Source: Minisyncoccia bacterium | GTDB lineage: Bacteria > Patescibacteriota > Minisyncoccia > Phycocordibacterales > UBA1006 | Length of the DNA: 57,802 bases | Assembly: GCA_044229075.1 (NCBI GenBank) | Contig: JBGATS010000009.1 | Span: forward strand, 1-57,802 | Direction of reading: 5' to 3' | In this document: positions 1 to 9,385 of the stretch, one piece after another | Layout of the letters: every line of letters begins with the position of its first letter | Position numbering within the stretch: position 1 is the stretch's first letter | Notes under the pieces: generated by a model | Seen by the model: the letters and a program-made list of their open reading frames with translations, nothing else | Told to the model about the DNA's origin: nothing | Database searches by the model: none | Translations under genes and position numbers: made by a program

Positions 1-537
1 TATGAAGATGTTTTACTCTTAGAACAAGTTCAAAATTCTATACTTTTAATACTGTCTGAGATAACGACGATCGTAACTGTTTTATTATATGCACCTGATA
101 AAAGTATTCAGCTATTCATTAATCAATTACCAGAGCAAGAAAAGATATGCTTAGATGATGTATTTATAACTAACATTGATACCTGTAGAGAAAGTTTAAG
201 CAAAGAGGATTACCTCGATATATTTAGATTACTTTATATTGAGAGACTGATAGAGAATAAAAATATACAGGATATGTTGCAAAGGTTTTTTACAATAAGT
301 AAAAAAACAGGGCAATATTCTGAAATATTTGATATTGATACAACATTTATTAGTAATAATTACTACTATGAGATAAAACAAAAAGTTACACTCCTAAACT
401 TACTTACATCTCAAATCATTTTAAATCTTGAAAAGAAAAATACCAAGATAAATCTTGATATGTTTTTCTTTAATCCATTTATAGATCTAGAGGGCGTCGA
501 GAACTCGCCAGATCTCAACCATAGCGAGAGTATCTAA
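1..537 (+). CDS. Hypothetical protein, 5'-partial
   Basis: Frame 1 is open from base 1 to the stop at 537 (the ORF track starts it at an internal Met, 274). No recognisable motif. The last 51 bp overlap the convergent gene. Confidence 0.6.
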   Translation, partial: YEDVLLLEQVQNSILLILSEITTIVTVLLYAPDKSIQLFINQLPEQEKICLDDVFITNIDTCRESLSKEDYLDIFRLLYIERLIENKNIQDMLQRFFTISKKTGQYSEIFDIDTTFISNNYYYEIKQKVTLLNLLTSQIILNLEKKNTKINLDMFFFNPFIDLEGVENSPDLNHSESI

Positions 538-1980
538 GTGACAATAATCTTGCAATGCTTGAACTTTCATATTCTTTTCATCTTCAGAATACTCTTTAGA
601 CACTATTCTATTCCATGTATCCGATGCGGTGCCGCCTTCTTGGATATGCATATCTTTATAGGACAAGTGTGGCACAAGCGCAGGTAAAACATACTTAATC
701 GACGCACTTCCTTTAAATTTAGGATGATCATACATAGTTGTTTTACCATAAAAAGGAATCATGAGGTCTACAACGCGATCGTTCACAGACTCCATGAATG
801 TCTTGTAATCTGGAATTCGATCTGCGACTTGAGAGTTAATTCCTTTCTCAAAACGCTCATTCCATACAATCACACTTCCTTTTTCAGGGAGGTGTTTTTG
901 TAATGAAGAAGCAAAGAACTCATCAGGATTCTGATCTCCTGTATGAATAAAGTCATAATGCAGTAATTCTCCGTTGGGATTTTCAATTATATGGAGAGAA
1001 TATTGAAACGGTATTTGTTGATATGGACGATAACCATTAAACCGAGGAAGTGCTGATGGGTAGGTCTCATAATCAAGAAATGCAATTGGATAGTGTACAC
1101 GAGAAAGAAAGTCTCTAATTCCAGGTTTATCAATATACTCCTCTCCCGTTTGAGCAGTATCAACTTGTCTTCGTTGATTATCTGATAATGCAAAATCACT
1201 TGGAACATCATGAATACTAAATATATTATTATCTATAAGCTCGATAAGTTTATTCTTATTAATTCGAGATATTGCATGCACAGGATATTCAGGAAGATCA
1301 TGCATTGAGTACTTAGAAGTCGTACAGTGTGAGTTCTTTCCTTTTGTAATACAATCACAGCGACCTGTCGGCTCTGTGTCTTTTGCAAGATACTCATACG
1401 CTCCATCCATTTTTTGTTTTATTTCTGGACATATTTCCGATACTTTGTCGGTAAGATTTTCAATAATGAATAGCTTTGAAATATCTATACCTCCATGTCT
1501 CACATACTCTTTGTTTATACGGATCAAGTTAAAACTACCGATAGTAACACCTAGATCATCTAAAACATTCTTTTGGAAAGAAATATCAATAATATAATCA
1601 TCTGTCTTTCTACCACCACCTTCCTCTGCCACAGTTGAAGATTTAACCTCATACAGATCATATAAACCAGTTTCTTTGTTAAAAACGAAAATATCACAAG
1701 CAGTAGTATATTTACTGGTAGAAAAAACTGGTTGGTAGATAACAGGTGTTTTTTCAGAAACTAACTTCTTAGTTATCTCTGTATCGCCTCTGTTTTCAAC
1801 AGTGATCCCGCCAGGAAAAAGTTGTCTCGCAAGGAGGTCAATCTCATTTCCAGTATCAATAATGTTTTGCTCAAACGAAGATAATGGGTACTTGTTATAA
1901 ATTTCAGGCTTGTGAATTTTTAACCATGCATTTTTTGCACATTCGAGAAAAGTTATAAAGTTGGTTTTGGATAGAATCAT
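487..1980 (-). CDS. DUF2779-family protein (N-terminal PD-(D/E)xK/Cas4-like nuclease, C-terminal RNase H-like domain)
   Basis: LSKTNF..FLECAKNAWL N-terminus; CDIFV...LYEVKSS nuclease motif; FLDYET and YCHLDTLAMV acidic motifs. Start placed at MILSK (1980), not 2016. Confidence 0.8.
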   Translation of the reverse strand: MILSKTNFITFLECAKNAWLKIHKPEIYNKYPLSSFEQNIIDTGNEIDLLARQLFPGGITVENRGDTEITKKLVSEKTPVIYQPVFSTSKYTTACDIFVFNKETGLYDLYEVKSSTVAEEGGGRKTDDYIIDISFQKNVLDDLGVTIGSFNLIRINKEYVRHGGIDISKLFIIENLTDKVSEICPEIKQKMDGAYEYLAKDTEPTGRCDCITKGKNSHCTTSKYSMHDLPEYPVHAISRINKNKLIELIDNNIFSIHDVPSDFALSDNQRRQVDTAQTGEEYIDKPGIRDFLSRVHYPIAFLDYETYPSALPRFNGYRPYQQIPFQYSLHIIENPNGELLHYDFIHTGDQNPDEFFASSLQKHLPEKGSVIVWNERFEKGINSQVADRIPDYKTFMESVNDRVVDLMIPFYGKTTMYDHPKFKGSASIKYVLPALVPHLSYKDMHIQEGGTASDTWNRIVSKEYSEDEKNMKVQALQDYCHLDTLAMVEIWRVLDAL

Positions 1981-2077
1981 ATTAGTAAATATGACATATT
2001 TTAGAGAAAAGTTCATCTATAATATAGATGAACTAAAATAGTTTTCCACAGGAAATATTTTTATACAAAAAATACTA

Positions 2078-2106
2078 TTGACATAATATTATAAGTATGA
2101 TACGAT
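2078..2106 (+). promoter_or_regulatory. Sigma70-type promoter of the DGR target gene
   Basis: TTGACA (2078-2083), 17-nt spacer ending TGn, TACGAT (2101-2106). Confidence 0.75.
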
Positions 2107-2193
2107 GATACTGATATTTGATACCCGACCTCTATCTAACTTTCGAGGCTGGGTGTCGGGACCCAGTTCTTTAATTTTTAAATCAAGGAAAAG

Positions 2194-3099
2194 ATGATGA
2201 CGACTAAAAAGTTGATCACGTCGGATGACCCCAAGGGTCGTCAGGCTACGGATTTATTCCGTGGTGCTTACAACAAAGCACAGCTCACAGAAGAGCAAGC
2301 ACAACGCTTAAATGAAAACAGAGGCGGTGAGTTCACAACAGAACTTCTGCAACTGATTCAAAAGTATTCGGCTACAAACCAGTACGCTAATGAGGTGGTG
2401 TCCTCAAACTACACCTACCCCAAAGAGTACAAAGGTCCGAAACCGATTGCAGAACAGGTAAAAACCATTGCCACCATGTTCGGACTTGATCCGACACAGG
2501 CATTGGAATTTGCCAAAAACCTGCCTACGCTCCCTGAAGGCTCTGAAGGATGGTTCGCTATCCCGAAAGTGTCTGCCGTTGCAAGAAAGCAGTTTCCTGC
2601 AATCACCGACAAAGCCGAGCAGTATTGCGAAGCAGTGAAGTTGGTGCACACGAAGTTAGCCGAAAGCCGTAGCTTTTACAACTACCGCAACAGTGAAATC
2701 GTACCAAGCAAATTACGTCAGCATGCCCGCACCGTTGACTTCCTGGAACACCTGGAAGCCGAACAAACAGGCGACATTCTGATCATCGCAGTACAGTACG
2801 GTATGCGTCACCGTGGCAAATCCGTTCGCAGAGCAAGGGAAACCTTCGCAGGCAACGAATTCGGCTTAGGTGCATTCGCTATCGGCTGTATGGCTCTGGT
2901 TCACCCCGAACGCTACGTTCGCTGGGAAGAATTGGATACCGATTGTGCCGGTGACGAGTTTGCTCCGGATGCGGATGGTGTCTTCTCGAAGTCTCCGATC
3001 TTCGGCTTCTATGGCGGCAGGCTCAGGTTCTACACCAACGATGTGTCGGTTGCCTACGGTTGCTATGGCTCCGTGTCGGGCTTCGTTCCGCAGAATTGA
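2194..3099 (+). CDS. DGR target (variable) protein with C-terminal variable region
   Basis: 301 aa ORF whose C-terminal codons match the downstream TR except at TR adenines. No signal peptide or TM segment seen. A C-type-lectin-like fold is expected for DGR targets but was not verified. Confidence 0.93.
   Translation: MMTTKKLITSDDPKGRQATDLFRGAYNKAQLTEEQAQRLNENRGGEFTTELLQLIQKYSATNQYANEVVSSNYTYPKEYKGPKPIAEQVKTIATMFGLDPTQALEFAKNLPTLPEGSEGWFAIPKVSAVARKQFPAITDKAEQYCEAVKLVHTKLAESRSFYNYRNSEIVPSKLRQHARTVDFLEHLEAEQTGDILIIAVQYGMRHRGKSVRRARETFAGNEFGLGAFAIGCMALVHPERYVRWEELDTDCAGDEFAPDADGVFSKSPIFGFYGGRLRFYTNDVSVAYGCYGSVSGFVPQN
2962..3093 (+). repeat. DGR variable repeat (VR)
   Basis: 132-bp ungapped match to 3464-3595 with 18 mismatches, all opposite TR A. 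A-free GC-rich 3' tract GGCTCCGTGTCGGGCTTCGTTCCG (3067-3090) is identical in both repeats. Confidence 0.96.
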
Positions 3100-3152
3100 C
3101 GTTTGAACTTTGAGGTCTTGAGTCTTTTGACTTCTTGATCCTTGAATCCTTG

Positions 3153-3183
3153 AGAGGGTTTGCGAAAGCAAACCCTCTTTTTT
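3153..3183 (+). terminator. Hairpin downstream of VR (intrinsic terminator and/or DGR homing hairpin)
   Basis: AGAGGGTTTGC-GAAA-GCAAACCCTCT, an 11-bp perfect stem followed by a T run. Confidence 0.8.
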
Positions 3184-3209
3184 ATTGCCGTAGGCAATTT
3201 TTATATTTT

Positions 3210-3218
3210 TGATATAAT
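3210..3218 (+). promoter_or_regulatory. Extended -10 promoter, candidate start of the TR-containing RNA
   Basis: TG-A-TATAAT about 250 nt upstream of TR, just after the target-gene terminator. Confidence 0.5.
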
Positions 3219-3463
3219 GATATCTGAGTCTAGGTTAGTGTATAGTAGTTCACGGATTACTATCACCGAACTCTTTCTCCTATGAGAAATCACAATCAGG
3301 ATCACAACGACTAAGGTTTTTGTGACAGTGTTGTTGCTCTAGAGATACTGCTTACTATTTTCTAAGACAAACAAGTAATTGTATTGTTGGATTAAATACA
3401 GAATCGTGATTTATGTGCAATATCATACTTCGTGGTTTGTGGCGTAGATGGAAAATAGTAAAA

Positions 3464-3595
3464 GCTCCGAATGCGAATGGTGACTTCTCGAAGTCTCCGA
3501 TCTTCAACTTCAATGACGACAAGCTCAAGTTCAACACCAACGATGTGTCGAATGCCAACGATAACTATGGCTCCGTGTCGGGCTTCGTTCCGAAG
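3464..3595 (+). repeat. DGR template repeat (TR)
   Basis: A-rich copy of VR with 34 adenines, all at codon positions 1-2 in the target frame, including nine AAC/AAT codons. Confidence 0.96.
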
Positions 3596-3608
3596 TATCA
3601 ATTAAGCA

Positions 3609-3637
3609 CAAAAGGTATCCGTAATGGATACCTTTTG
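3609..3637. terminator. Hairpin between TR and the 3' end of avd
   Basis: CAAAAGGTATCC-GTAAT-GGATACCTTTTG, a 12-bp perfect stem with A/T runs on both sides (could act bidirectionally). Confidence 0.7.
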
Positions 3638-3646
3638 CTTTACTGT

Positions 3647-3991
3647 TTACTTCTGTGACTTAATCCATCCACCGAGCATACGACCAATTTCATCAATGAT
3701 TCCTTGGAGAAGTGTGTACTTCTTTAGATCAAGACTTTTACTTTCTTTCATAAGACGGATGAAGAATCTTATTATATTCAACTTCACACTCGTCTTTTCT
3801 AAGAGAATTATCTTTCTGTCTTTTGAGACATAACTTGCTTCAAGTACAAGCTCAAGGATATCAATGATGATATTTTCTGTCCGTTCGTACACAGAGAATC
3901 TGTCTTGTTTGGGTACCAAATTTCTGTATTCATGAAAAGTTTTATACAACTCATGAATCTTACGGAGTATTGGAACATCATTATCATTCAT
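3647..3991 (-). CDS. avd: DGR accessory variability determinant (Avd, four-helix bundle)
   Basis: 114 aa, basic, with PKQDRF near the N-terminus and C-terminal EIGRMLGGWIK typical of Avd-like proteins; lies between TR and RT. Confidence 0.9.
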   Translation of the reverse strand: MNDNDVPILRKIHELYKTFHEYRNLVPKQDRFSVYERTENIIIDILELVLEASYVSKDRKIILLEKTSVKLNIIRFFIRLMKESKSLDLKKYTLLQGIIDEIGRMLGGWIKSQK

Positions 3992-5047
3992 ATGAGAATT
4001 TATACGAATTTATTTAATAAACTTATTACTCCAGAAAACCTATTTTTTGCATGGGAGGAATTTCGCCGTGACAAGAAAAAGAAAGAAGATGTGCTTATCT
4101 TCGAGAAAAATCTTGAACGAGAAATATTCTCACTTCACCGAGAGCTTAAATCACATACTTATAAACACAGCGGGTATACAGACTTTTATATTTCAGATCC
4201 AAAACGTCGCCATATACATAAAGCACAAGTCAGAGATAGAGTGCTTCATCACGCAATTATGGGTATCTTGTATCCACTGTACGAAAAGACATTTATTCAC
4301 AATTCCTTTTCGTGTCGTATTGGTAAAGGTACTCATAAAGGAGTAGAAGCTCTACGCGGAATGCTCTATAAGGCAAGTAAAAATAACACAAGAAATGTGT
4401 ATATTTTAAAGTGCGATATAGAGAAGTTTTTTGATTCTATCAATCACGAGATATTACTTTTGGTACTTAGTTCACGGATTAAAGATCAAGAACTAATGAA
4501 TCTTTTAACTGAAGTAGTAGGAAGTTTTACTAGTTACAGGTCAACACTTTTTGATAGATGTGGTGTACCAATTGGCAATCTTACTTCTCAACTTTTTGCG
4601 AATGTTTATATGGACATGTTTGATCAGTTCATGAAGCATGAACTTAAGGTGAAATATTATGCACGGTATACTGATGACTTTGTGATAGTAAGCGAGAGTA
4701 AAGAATATCTTGTTCAATTATTACCGCGAATACGGTCATTTCTAAAAGAAAAACTGAAGATACAGATACACCCAAAGAAAGTCACGATCACTAAATTTGG
4801 TCGTGGTATTGATTATCTTGGGTATGTATTATTTCCACACTTTACTTTAGTGCGTAAACGTACACAGAAACGTGCTTTGAGGAAAATAAATGAAAAGATG
4901 CTGCTTTACAAGAAAGAAGAAATTTCAGAAGACAAAGTTCATGCAACTTTAATGTCTTATCTGGGAGTTCTTTCCCACGCAGATACTTTTAGGTTTTCTG
5001 AGAAATTAAAGAATAGCTATTTCTTTAATATGGGTAACTTTGACTAA
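3992..5047 (+). CDS. DGR reverse transcriptase
   Basis: PKRRHI..A.VRDRVLHHA, LKCDIEKFFDSI, GVPIGNLTSQLFANVY (DGR-type), RYTDDF catalytic motif, GIDYLGY. Start placed at ATG 3992 (MRIYTNLF); no maturase/endonuclease tail. Confidence 0.95.
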   Translation: MRIYTNLFNKLITPENLFFAWEEFRRDKKKKEDVLIFEKNLEREIFSLHRELKSHTYKHSGYTDFYISDPKRRHIHKAQVRDRVLHHAIMGILYPLYEKTFIHNSFSCRIGKGTHKGVEALRGMLYKASKNNTRNVYILKCDIEKFFDSINHEILLLVLSSRIKDQELMNLLTEVVGSFTSYRSTLFDRCGVPIGNLTSQLFANVYMDMFDQFMKHELKVKYYARYTDDFVIVSESKEYLVQLLPRIRSFLKEKLKIQIHPKKVTITKFGRGIDYLGYVLFPHFTLVRKRTQKRALRKINEKMLLYKKEEISEDKVHATLMSYLGVLSHADTFRFSEKLKNSYFFNMGNFD

Positions 5048-5080
5048 GAAATTCGACTAGATTTTTTAGTCACTTATGTT

Positions 5081-7414
5081 TTATAAAAACTTCTGAAGCG
5101 ACATCACTTTTTCTATATCTGTAATAATAGTCCACTCTCCATTCATAAACACGACAATGCCACCGAACAATTTTTGTGTTTTTCTGCTATTATTTTCTTT
5201 CTCTATATATTCCTGGAGTGCTTCATTCTTGGCTTTAGTGTATGTATCCCTATCTCGGTCATTCTCATCTTTTGTTTCAAAGACACCGATTCTTCCATCT
5301 GTAAATTCTACAAGATAGTCAGGGTAAAAAGTATGTACTTCGCCTTGATATTCATACTTAATACCGAAATAATCTCTTCTCATCTCGCCGTTTTTATACC
5401 ACCAATTTATATCTACCCTTGATTCTAAATATTTTTCAAACTCTCGTTCTGGTTTTGATCTAGATTTAGAAAGATAACAAGGCTGTAGAATACATTTTGT
5501 ATAATTTTCTATCTCTTCGTCCACTTCTTTATTAAAATAATCTTTTTGAACAATTTCAAAATTACTAATGATGTGTTCGGTATCTTCTTTTGCTTTCTTT
5601 TGACGGACAAGGGAGTACTTTTGTACCGCATCTAAAAATATTGGTCTTATTTTTTCTTTATTGAGCAGTAAAAACGATTGAGAACTTAATACTCCGTTAT
5701 TAATAACTTCTTCTCCAAAAAATTCACGACAAGTTAGAAACCATGCAGTAGACATTGCAGGGATTGAACGTGCAATGTTAGTAAATGGAGCCATCATGCT
5801 TTTAAAAAGTGATTTTGAAACAAACTCAACCTGTCGTTCATTTATTTTTAAAGACTGAATATCGCCGTCGTCATCCTCAAAAATATTTTTATAGTTATCC
5901 ACTTCTGTAATATCTAACACGAGATCTTTTATAACCACATGTAAGATATTATCTGTTTCAAATTGCCAGCCATTATCAGATGCTGTAGTTGGTTTTACTT
6001 TTTTTAATTTGGCAATATTATTTTTATGATCACCCTGTTTTAATTCAAGTTTTTCAGAAATAGTTTCAATAAGTATTTTCTTAAAATCAGACTTAATATC
6101 TTGATAGTCTGCACGCTCTTTATAAAAAGAAGTTAGATTAATCGGTTTGTAAAACGATATTCTCTTCGAAGGTTGATCGCCCAGTATTTTTGGACTATAG
6201 CTTTCAATATCAAAACTTGCACTACTTGTATTGGTATATACATACGCCTTATTTAACACTTCAACATCATAGTGTTTTTGCTCTGGCATACGAAGAATTC
6301 TTCCTAGTACTTGTATATTAAATATCTCACTCTCACTTTCTCTAAACTTGAGAAGTATCTGAGCACGAGGACAATCCCATCCTGTATCAATAGCTTGTTT
6401 AAAAAGCAAATATTCTTGAGGTGCATTATTTTCTGAAATTCTTTCTAAATTTCTATCTATCTTATTTTCATCATCCAGCCATACAGACAGTCTATCATCA
6501 CCCAAACTGATTCCTTGAGTATTTTTTAACTGTTCAAGTATCAATTTTTTAACCACTTCTCCACTTTCACTATTCGGGAGTTGTATTAAAAGAAGTGGAT
6601 TAATATCAATATCGTTCTCCTTGTATATACGAGCAAGTTCGTCTCGCTTATTGATAGCAGTACGAAGTATTGCCTCATCACTGTCGTCTGATTCCTTAAA
6701 GTCAAAATCAAAATTTACCAAAATTTGATCCTTGATCATCTGTTCATCAATAACATCTTGTGGGTTAATCTTTTCAATCCAACCCTTACCGTCGATGACG
6801 TCTTCTGCGGATAGTTTTAATACTGGCGTAGCAGAAACCTCAACGGTTAGTGTAGGATCAATAAGATCGATAATCTCTTTTCCTCTTTCTGCATTTGTGT
6901 GACTATGAGACTCATCGATAATAAGAACTATTTTTCTGTTGAGATTTATCGTGTTTTGTAGTATCTCTCTAAAGTTAGTGTGATCACCGTCTTTCATAAT
7001 GATGTTTTTCCAGTCTTGTGTTTTACTATCCTTGGTTCGTATTTTTTCCCAGTTTACTACCATTACAGAGTCTTTCAAAAGCTCATACTGAGAAGTACCA
7101 AAAACATTATCAATACTCTGTACTGTAGGATATCCTTCAAATACTTTTTCTAGACTTCTTCTACTTTGATTATGCAGATCTCCTTTACCGATAGATAGCC
7201 AGATAAATGTCATATCGTTAGGTTTTAATTCTTCTTTGTTTTTGTTAATTAATGACTCGATAAAACTTGCCATCATGATGGTTTTTCCTGATCCTGTTGG
7301 TGCCTGTAATACCGCGTTTTTCTTATCACTTGTTTCACTTTTTAAAAACACAAAAGCCTTCTCCGTAAGAGAATCTACTGCTTTTTGTTGATAATTTTTA
7401 AGAGTTATTTTCAT
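5081..7414 (-). CDS. res: Type III restriction endonuclease subunit (Res)
   Basis: APTGSGKT Walker A, IIDESH, GWDCPRA, QVLGRILRMP, C-terminal PDYLVE...FETK nuclease motif; directly downstream of mod. Confidence 0.9.
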   Translation of the reverse strand: MKITLKNYQQKAVDSLTEKAFVFLKSETSDKKNAVLQAPTGSGKTIMMASFIESLINKNKEELKPNDMTFIWLSIGKGDLHNQSRRSLEKVFEGYPTVQSIDNVFGTSQYELLKDSVMVVNWEKIRTKDSKTQDWKNIIMKDGDHTNFREILQNTINLNRKIVLIIDESHSHTNAERGKEIIDLIDPTLTVEVSATPVLKLSAEDVIDGKGWIEKINPQDVIDEQMIKDQILVNFDFDFKESDDSDEAILRTAINKRDELARIYKENDIDINPLLLIQLPNSESGEVVKKLILEQLKNTQGISLGDDRLSVWLDDENKIDRNLERISENNAPQEYLLFKQAIDTGWDCPRAQILLKFRESESEIFNIQVLGRILRMPEQKHYDVEVLNKAYVYTNTSSASFDIESYSPKILGDQPSKRISFYKPINLTSFYKERADYQDIKSDFKKILIETISEKLELKQGDHKNNIAKLKKVKPTTASDNGWQFETDNILHVVIKDLVLDITEVDNYKNIFEDDDGDIQSLKINERQVEFVSKSLFKSMMAPFTNIARSIPAMSTAWFLTCREFFGEEVINNGVLSSQSFLLLNKEKIRPIFLDAVQKYSLVRQKKAKEDTEHIISNFEIVQKDYFNKEVDEEIENYTKCILQPCYLSKSRSKPEREFEKYLESRVDINWWYKNGEMRRDYFGIKYEYQGEVHTFYPDYLVEFTDGRIGVFETKDENDRDRDTYTKAKNEALQEYIEKENNSRKTQKLFGGIVVFMNGEWTIITDIEKVMSLQKFL

Positions 7415-7430
7415 AAGTATGTATCATTAG

Positions 7431-9221
7431 TTATTTCGTATGACTATTTCGCTTGTAAATAGTTTCATATATTTCAAGTATCTTTTGTGGTACTTCTTCA
7501 ATATTTACTCCTTTCCATTTACGGTAATCATCTATAAAATCAGAGACGTTTCGGAGAGAAAAGATATACGCTGTTTTGTATGTATCTTGGTAACCTTTTA
7601 GGTCATTTCTCATATCCTCGAGATAACTATCGTCTAGATCGTAATAAATACCTACATGATGTTTTTGACTGTTACCTGTATCATCTATTTTAATCCCGCT
7701 ATAAATACGGTACATCAGAGTATCTCCATCTTTGGCTTCTTTTTCTAGATTAAAAGAGTTCTCTTTGAGACAGAGCATTTCAGTACATGCTTTCATGAGT
7801 CTCATTTTCATATTGTCACTATGACGAGTCTTGTCTATGTATTCACATTTTAAATATTCCAAGTTACCACCAAGACCCTCCACCTTTTCTCCTTTCTTAT
7901 TCTTGTATCCTTTCATAACTCTTTTTAGTCTCTCATAAGTTACTTCTTCACAGATATTATTTTCATTATTGGTACAGAGAATATATTGGCGATTACCACC
8001 GTCTTGTTTATTTAGTTCCATTACGGCATGTCCAGTTGTGCCGGAGCCTGCAAAGAAGTCTAAAATAGTAGAATTCTTTTTTGAGGAAATTAAAAGAGAA
8101 TCAATTACGGCGTATAAAGATTTAGGATAGTTAAATAAACCACTATCTCCGAGTATATTTTGAAGGAGTATGGTTCCCCAGGAAGAAGCATTATACTTAG
8201 GCTCATCCCAAAATGTTTTTGGTTTCTTACCTTCACCAAAAGTATTAAGTAATCTTTTTTTGCAATAAATAATATATTTATTTTTGCTCTTTTTAGCACT
8301 TAATTCGGTAAATCTTTTTTCCTCTACAGTCTCTTTTCCCCAACGCCAAACCCTCTCTATTCCAGAAGAGTCGGTGGGATATATTTCAATAGAATTGTCT
8401 CTTTTTTCTGTTAAAACTTCAAGTGTATTTATATCTATGAATAAAGGATAGAAAAGATTTGGTCTATCTGTTCTTTTTGAATTAGAGCCAGTTCTTATAA
8501 AGGATTGTAGTTTATATTTAGATATATCGTCTTCATGTTTAAACTCATCTTTTTGTTCTTCGCTAAAAGGAAGTAAATTTATTTTTGCTTTTTCCGAATT
8601 ATTTGTATAGACAAGCATGTATTCATGTGAGGTTGCAATAAAACGATCATCACTTCTACCGCCTGGGTTATGAACAACTGTTATTGTTCCTAGTCTATTA
8701 TGTTCTCCAAAAACGCTGTCTAAAATAAATCTTGAAGTGTGAATTTCATAATCATCTATTGTGAACAAAAGTATTCCGCCATCAGATAATAAATCCTTAC
8801 TACTACGAACCCTTTTTTCTATAAAAGATATCCACTTACTATGTTTATAAGAATCATCTTTTTCAACATAATCATTGTTATATCTCCAACTCTTATTACC
8901 AGTATTATACGGTGGATCAATGTATATCACATCAATCTTACCTTTATGGGTATAATTCAAAACAGAAAGAGCGTGATAATTATCTCCTTCGATTAATAAG
9001 TTTGTTCGTGAGGTATTATCTGTTACGATTTTTCTATCTTTAATTTCTTTTAAAACTGGGAACTGTTTTTCGCACTGTAAAACAACATCTTCTGGTTTAT
9101 CTTCCCAGACGAGTCCAAATTTTTTCTGCTTCTTTATTTTTTTTAATTCTGTTTCAAGTTCAGAAATACGAACAAGAAGATCCTGTTCGGAATAGTTTTT
9201 TTGTGATGACATAGTGGGCAT
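7431..9221 (-). CDS. mod: Type III DNA methyltransferase subunit (Mod, N6-adenine)
   Basis: NLLIEGDN, IYIDPPYNTG, and LDFFAGSGTTGHA in beta-class order; N-terminal FGLVWE. Confidence 0.92.
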   Translation of the reverse strand: MPTMSSQKNYSEQDLLVRISELETELKKIKKQKKFGLVWEDKPEDVVLQCEKQFPVLKEIKDRKIVTDNTSRTNLLIEGDNYHALSVLNYTHKGKIDVIYIDPPYNTGNKSWRYNNDYVEKDDSYKHSKWISFIEKRVRSSKDLLSDGGILLFTIDDYEIHTSRFILDSVFGEHNRLGTITVVHNPGGRSDDRFIATSHEYMLVYTNNSEKAKINLLPFSEEQKDEFKHEDDISKYKLQSFIRTGSNSKRTDRPNLFYPLFIDINTLEVLTEKRDNSIEIYPTDSSGIERVWRWGKETVEEKRFTELSAKKSKNKYIIYCKKRLLNTFGEGKKPKTFWDEPKYNASSWGTILLQNILGDSGLFNYPKSLYAVIDSLLISSKKNSTILDFFAGSGTTGHAVMELNKQDGGNRQYILCTNNENNICEEVTYERLKRVMKGYKNKKGEKVEGLGGNLEYLKCEYIDKTRHSDNMKMRLMKACTEMLCLKENSFNLEKEAKDGDTLMYRIYSGIKIDDTGNSQKHHVGIYYDLDDSYLEDMRNDLKGYQDTYKTAYIFSLRNVSDFIDDYRKWKGVNIEEVPQKILEIYETIYKRNSHTK

Positions 9222-9249
9222 TTATGTATCAAATTGATATTATTTTTAT

Positions 9250-9385
9250 AAACAAAATGGACACCTCGAAAGGTGCCCACAAGTTGATAACAAAAAGTCA
9301 CCAATCCTGTTTCCGATCAAGGTGTCCATTCTGGACAGGATTGGTACAGCAAAATTACTTGCTTATCATTATCAACTTGTGGGCA
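9250..9385 (-). ncRNA. Candidate structured leader/sRNA upstream of mod-res
   Basis: Nested 17-bp and 11-bp perfect inverted repeats, a terminator-like hairpin with U tail, and TGn-TATATT on the minus strand at 9399-9391. Confidence 0.55.

Larger units (their letters stand above)
2194..5047. mobile_element. Diversity-generating retroelement cassette: target/VR, hairpin, TR, avd (inverted), RT
   Basis: All canonical DGR components lie within 2.9 kb, with adenine-specific TR/VR divergence. Confidence 0.96.

Noticed and set aside
487-1980. Cas4-like gene as evidence of CRISPR-Cas
   Set aside because: No repeat-spacer array or other cas gene seen anywhere in the window.
3413-3658. 81-aa ORF spanning TR as a second target gene
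   Set aside because: TR is open in the target frame by construction; the flanks are unrelated to the target and run through a hairpin.
3905-3991. N-terminal extension of RT overlapping avd
   Set aside because: Starts at TTG and is the antisense of avd; RT-like sequence begins at ATG 3992.
3992-5047. RT as group II intron, retron or CRISPR-associated RT
   Set aside because: No maturase/endonuclease extension, no cas genes, and TR/VR plus Avd are adjacent.
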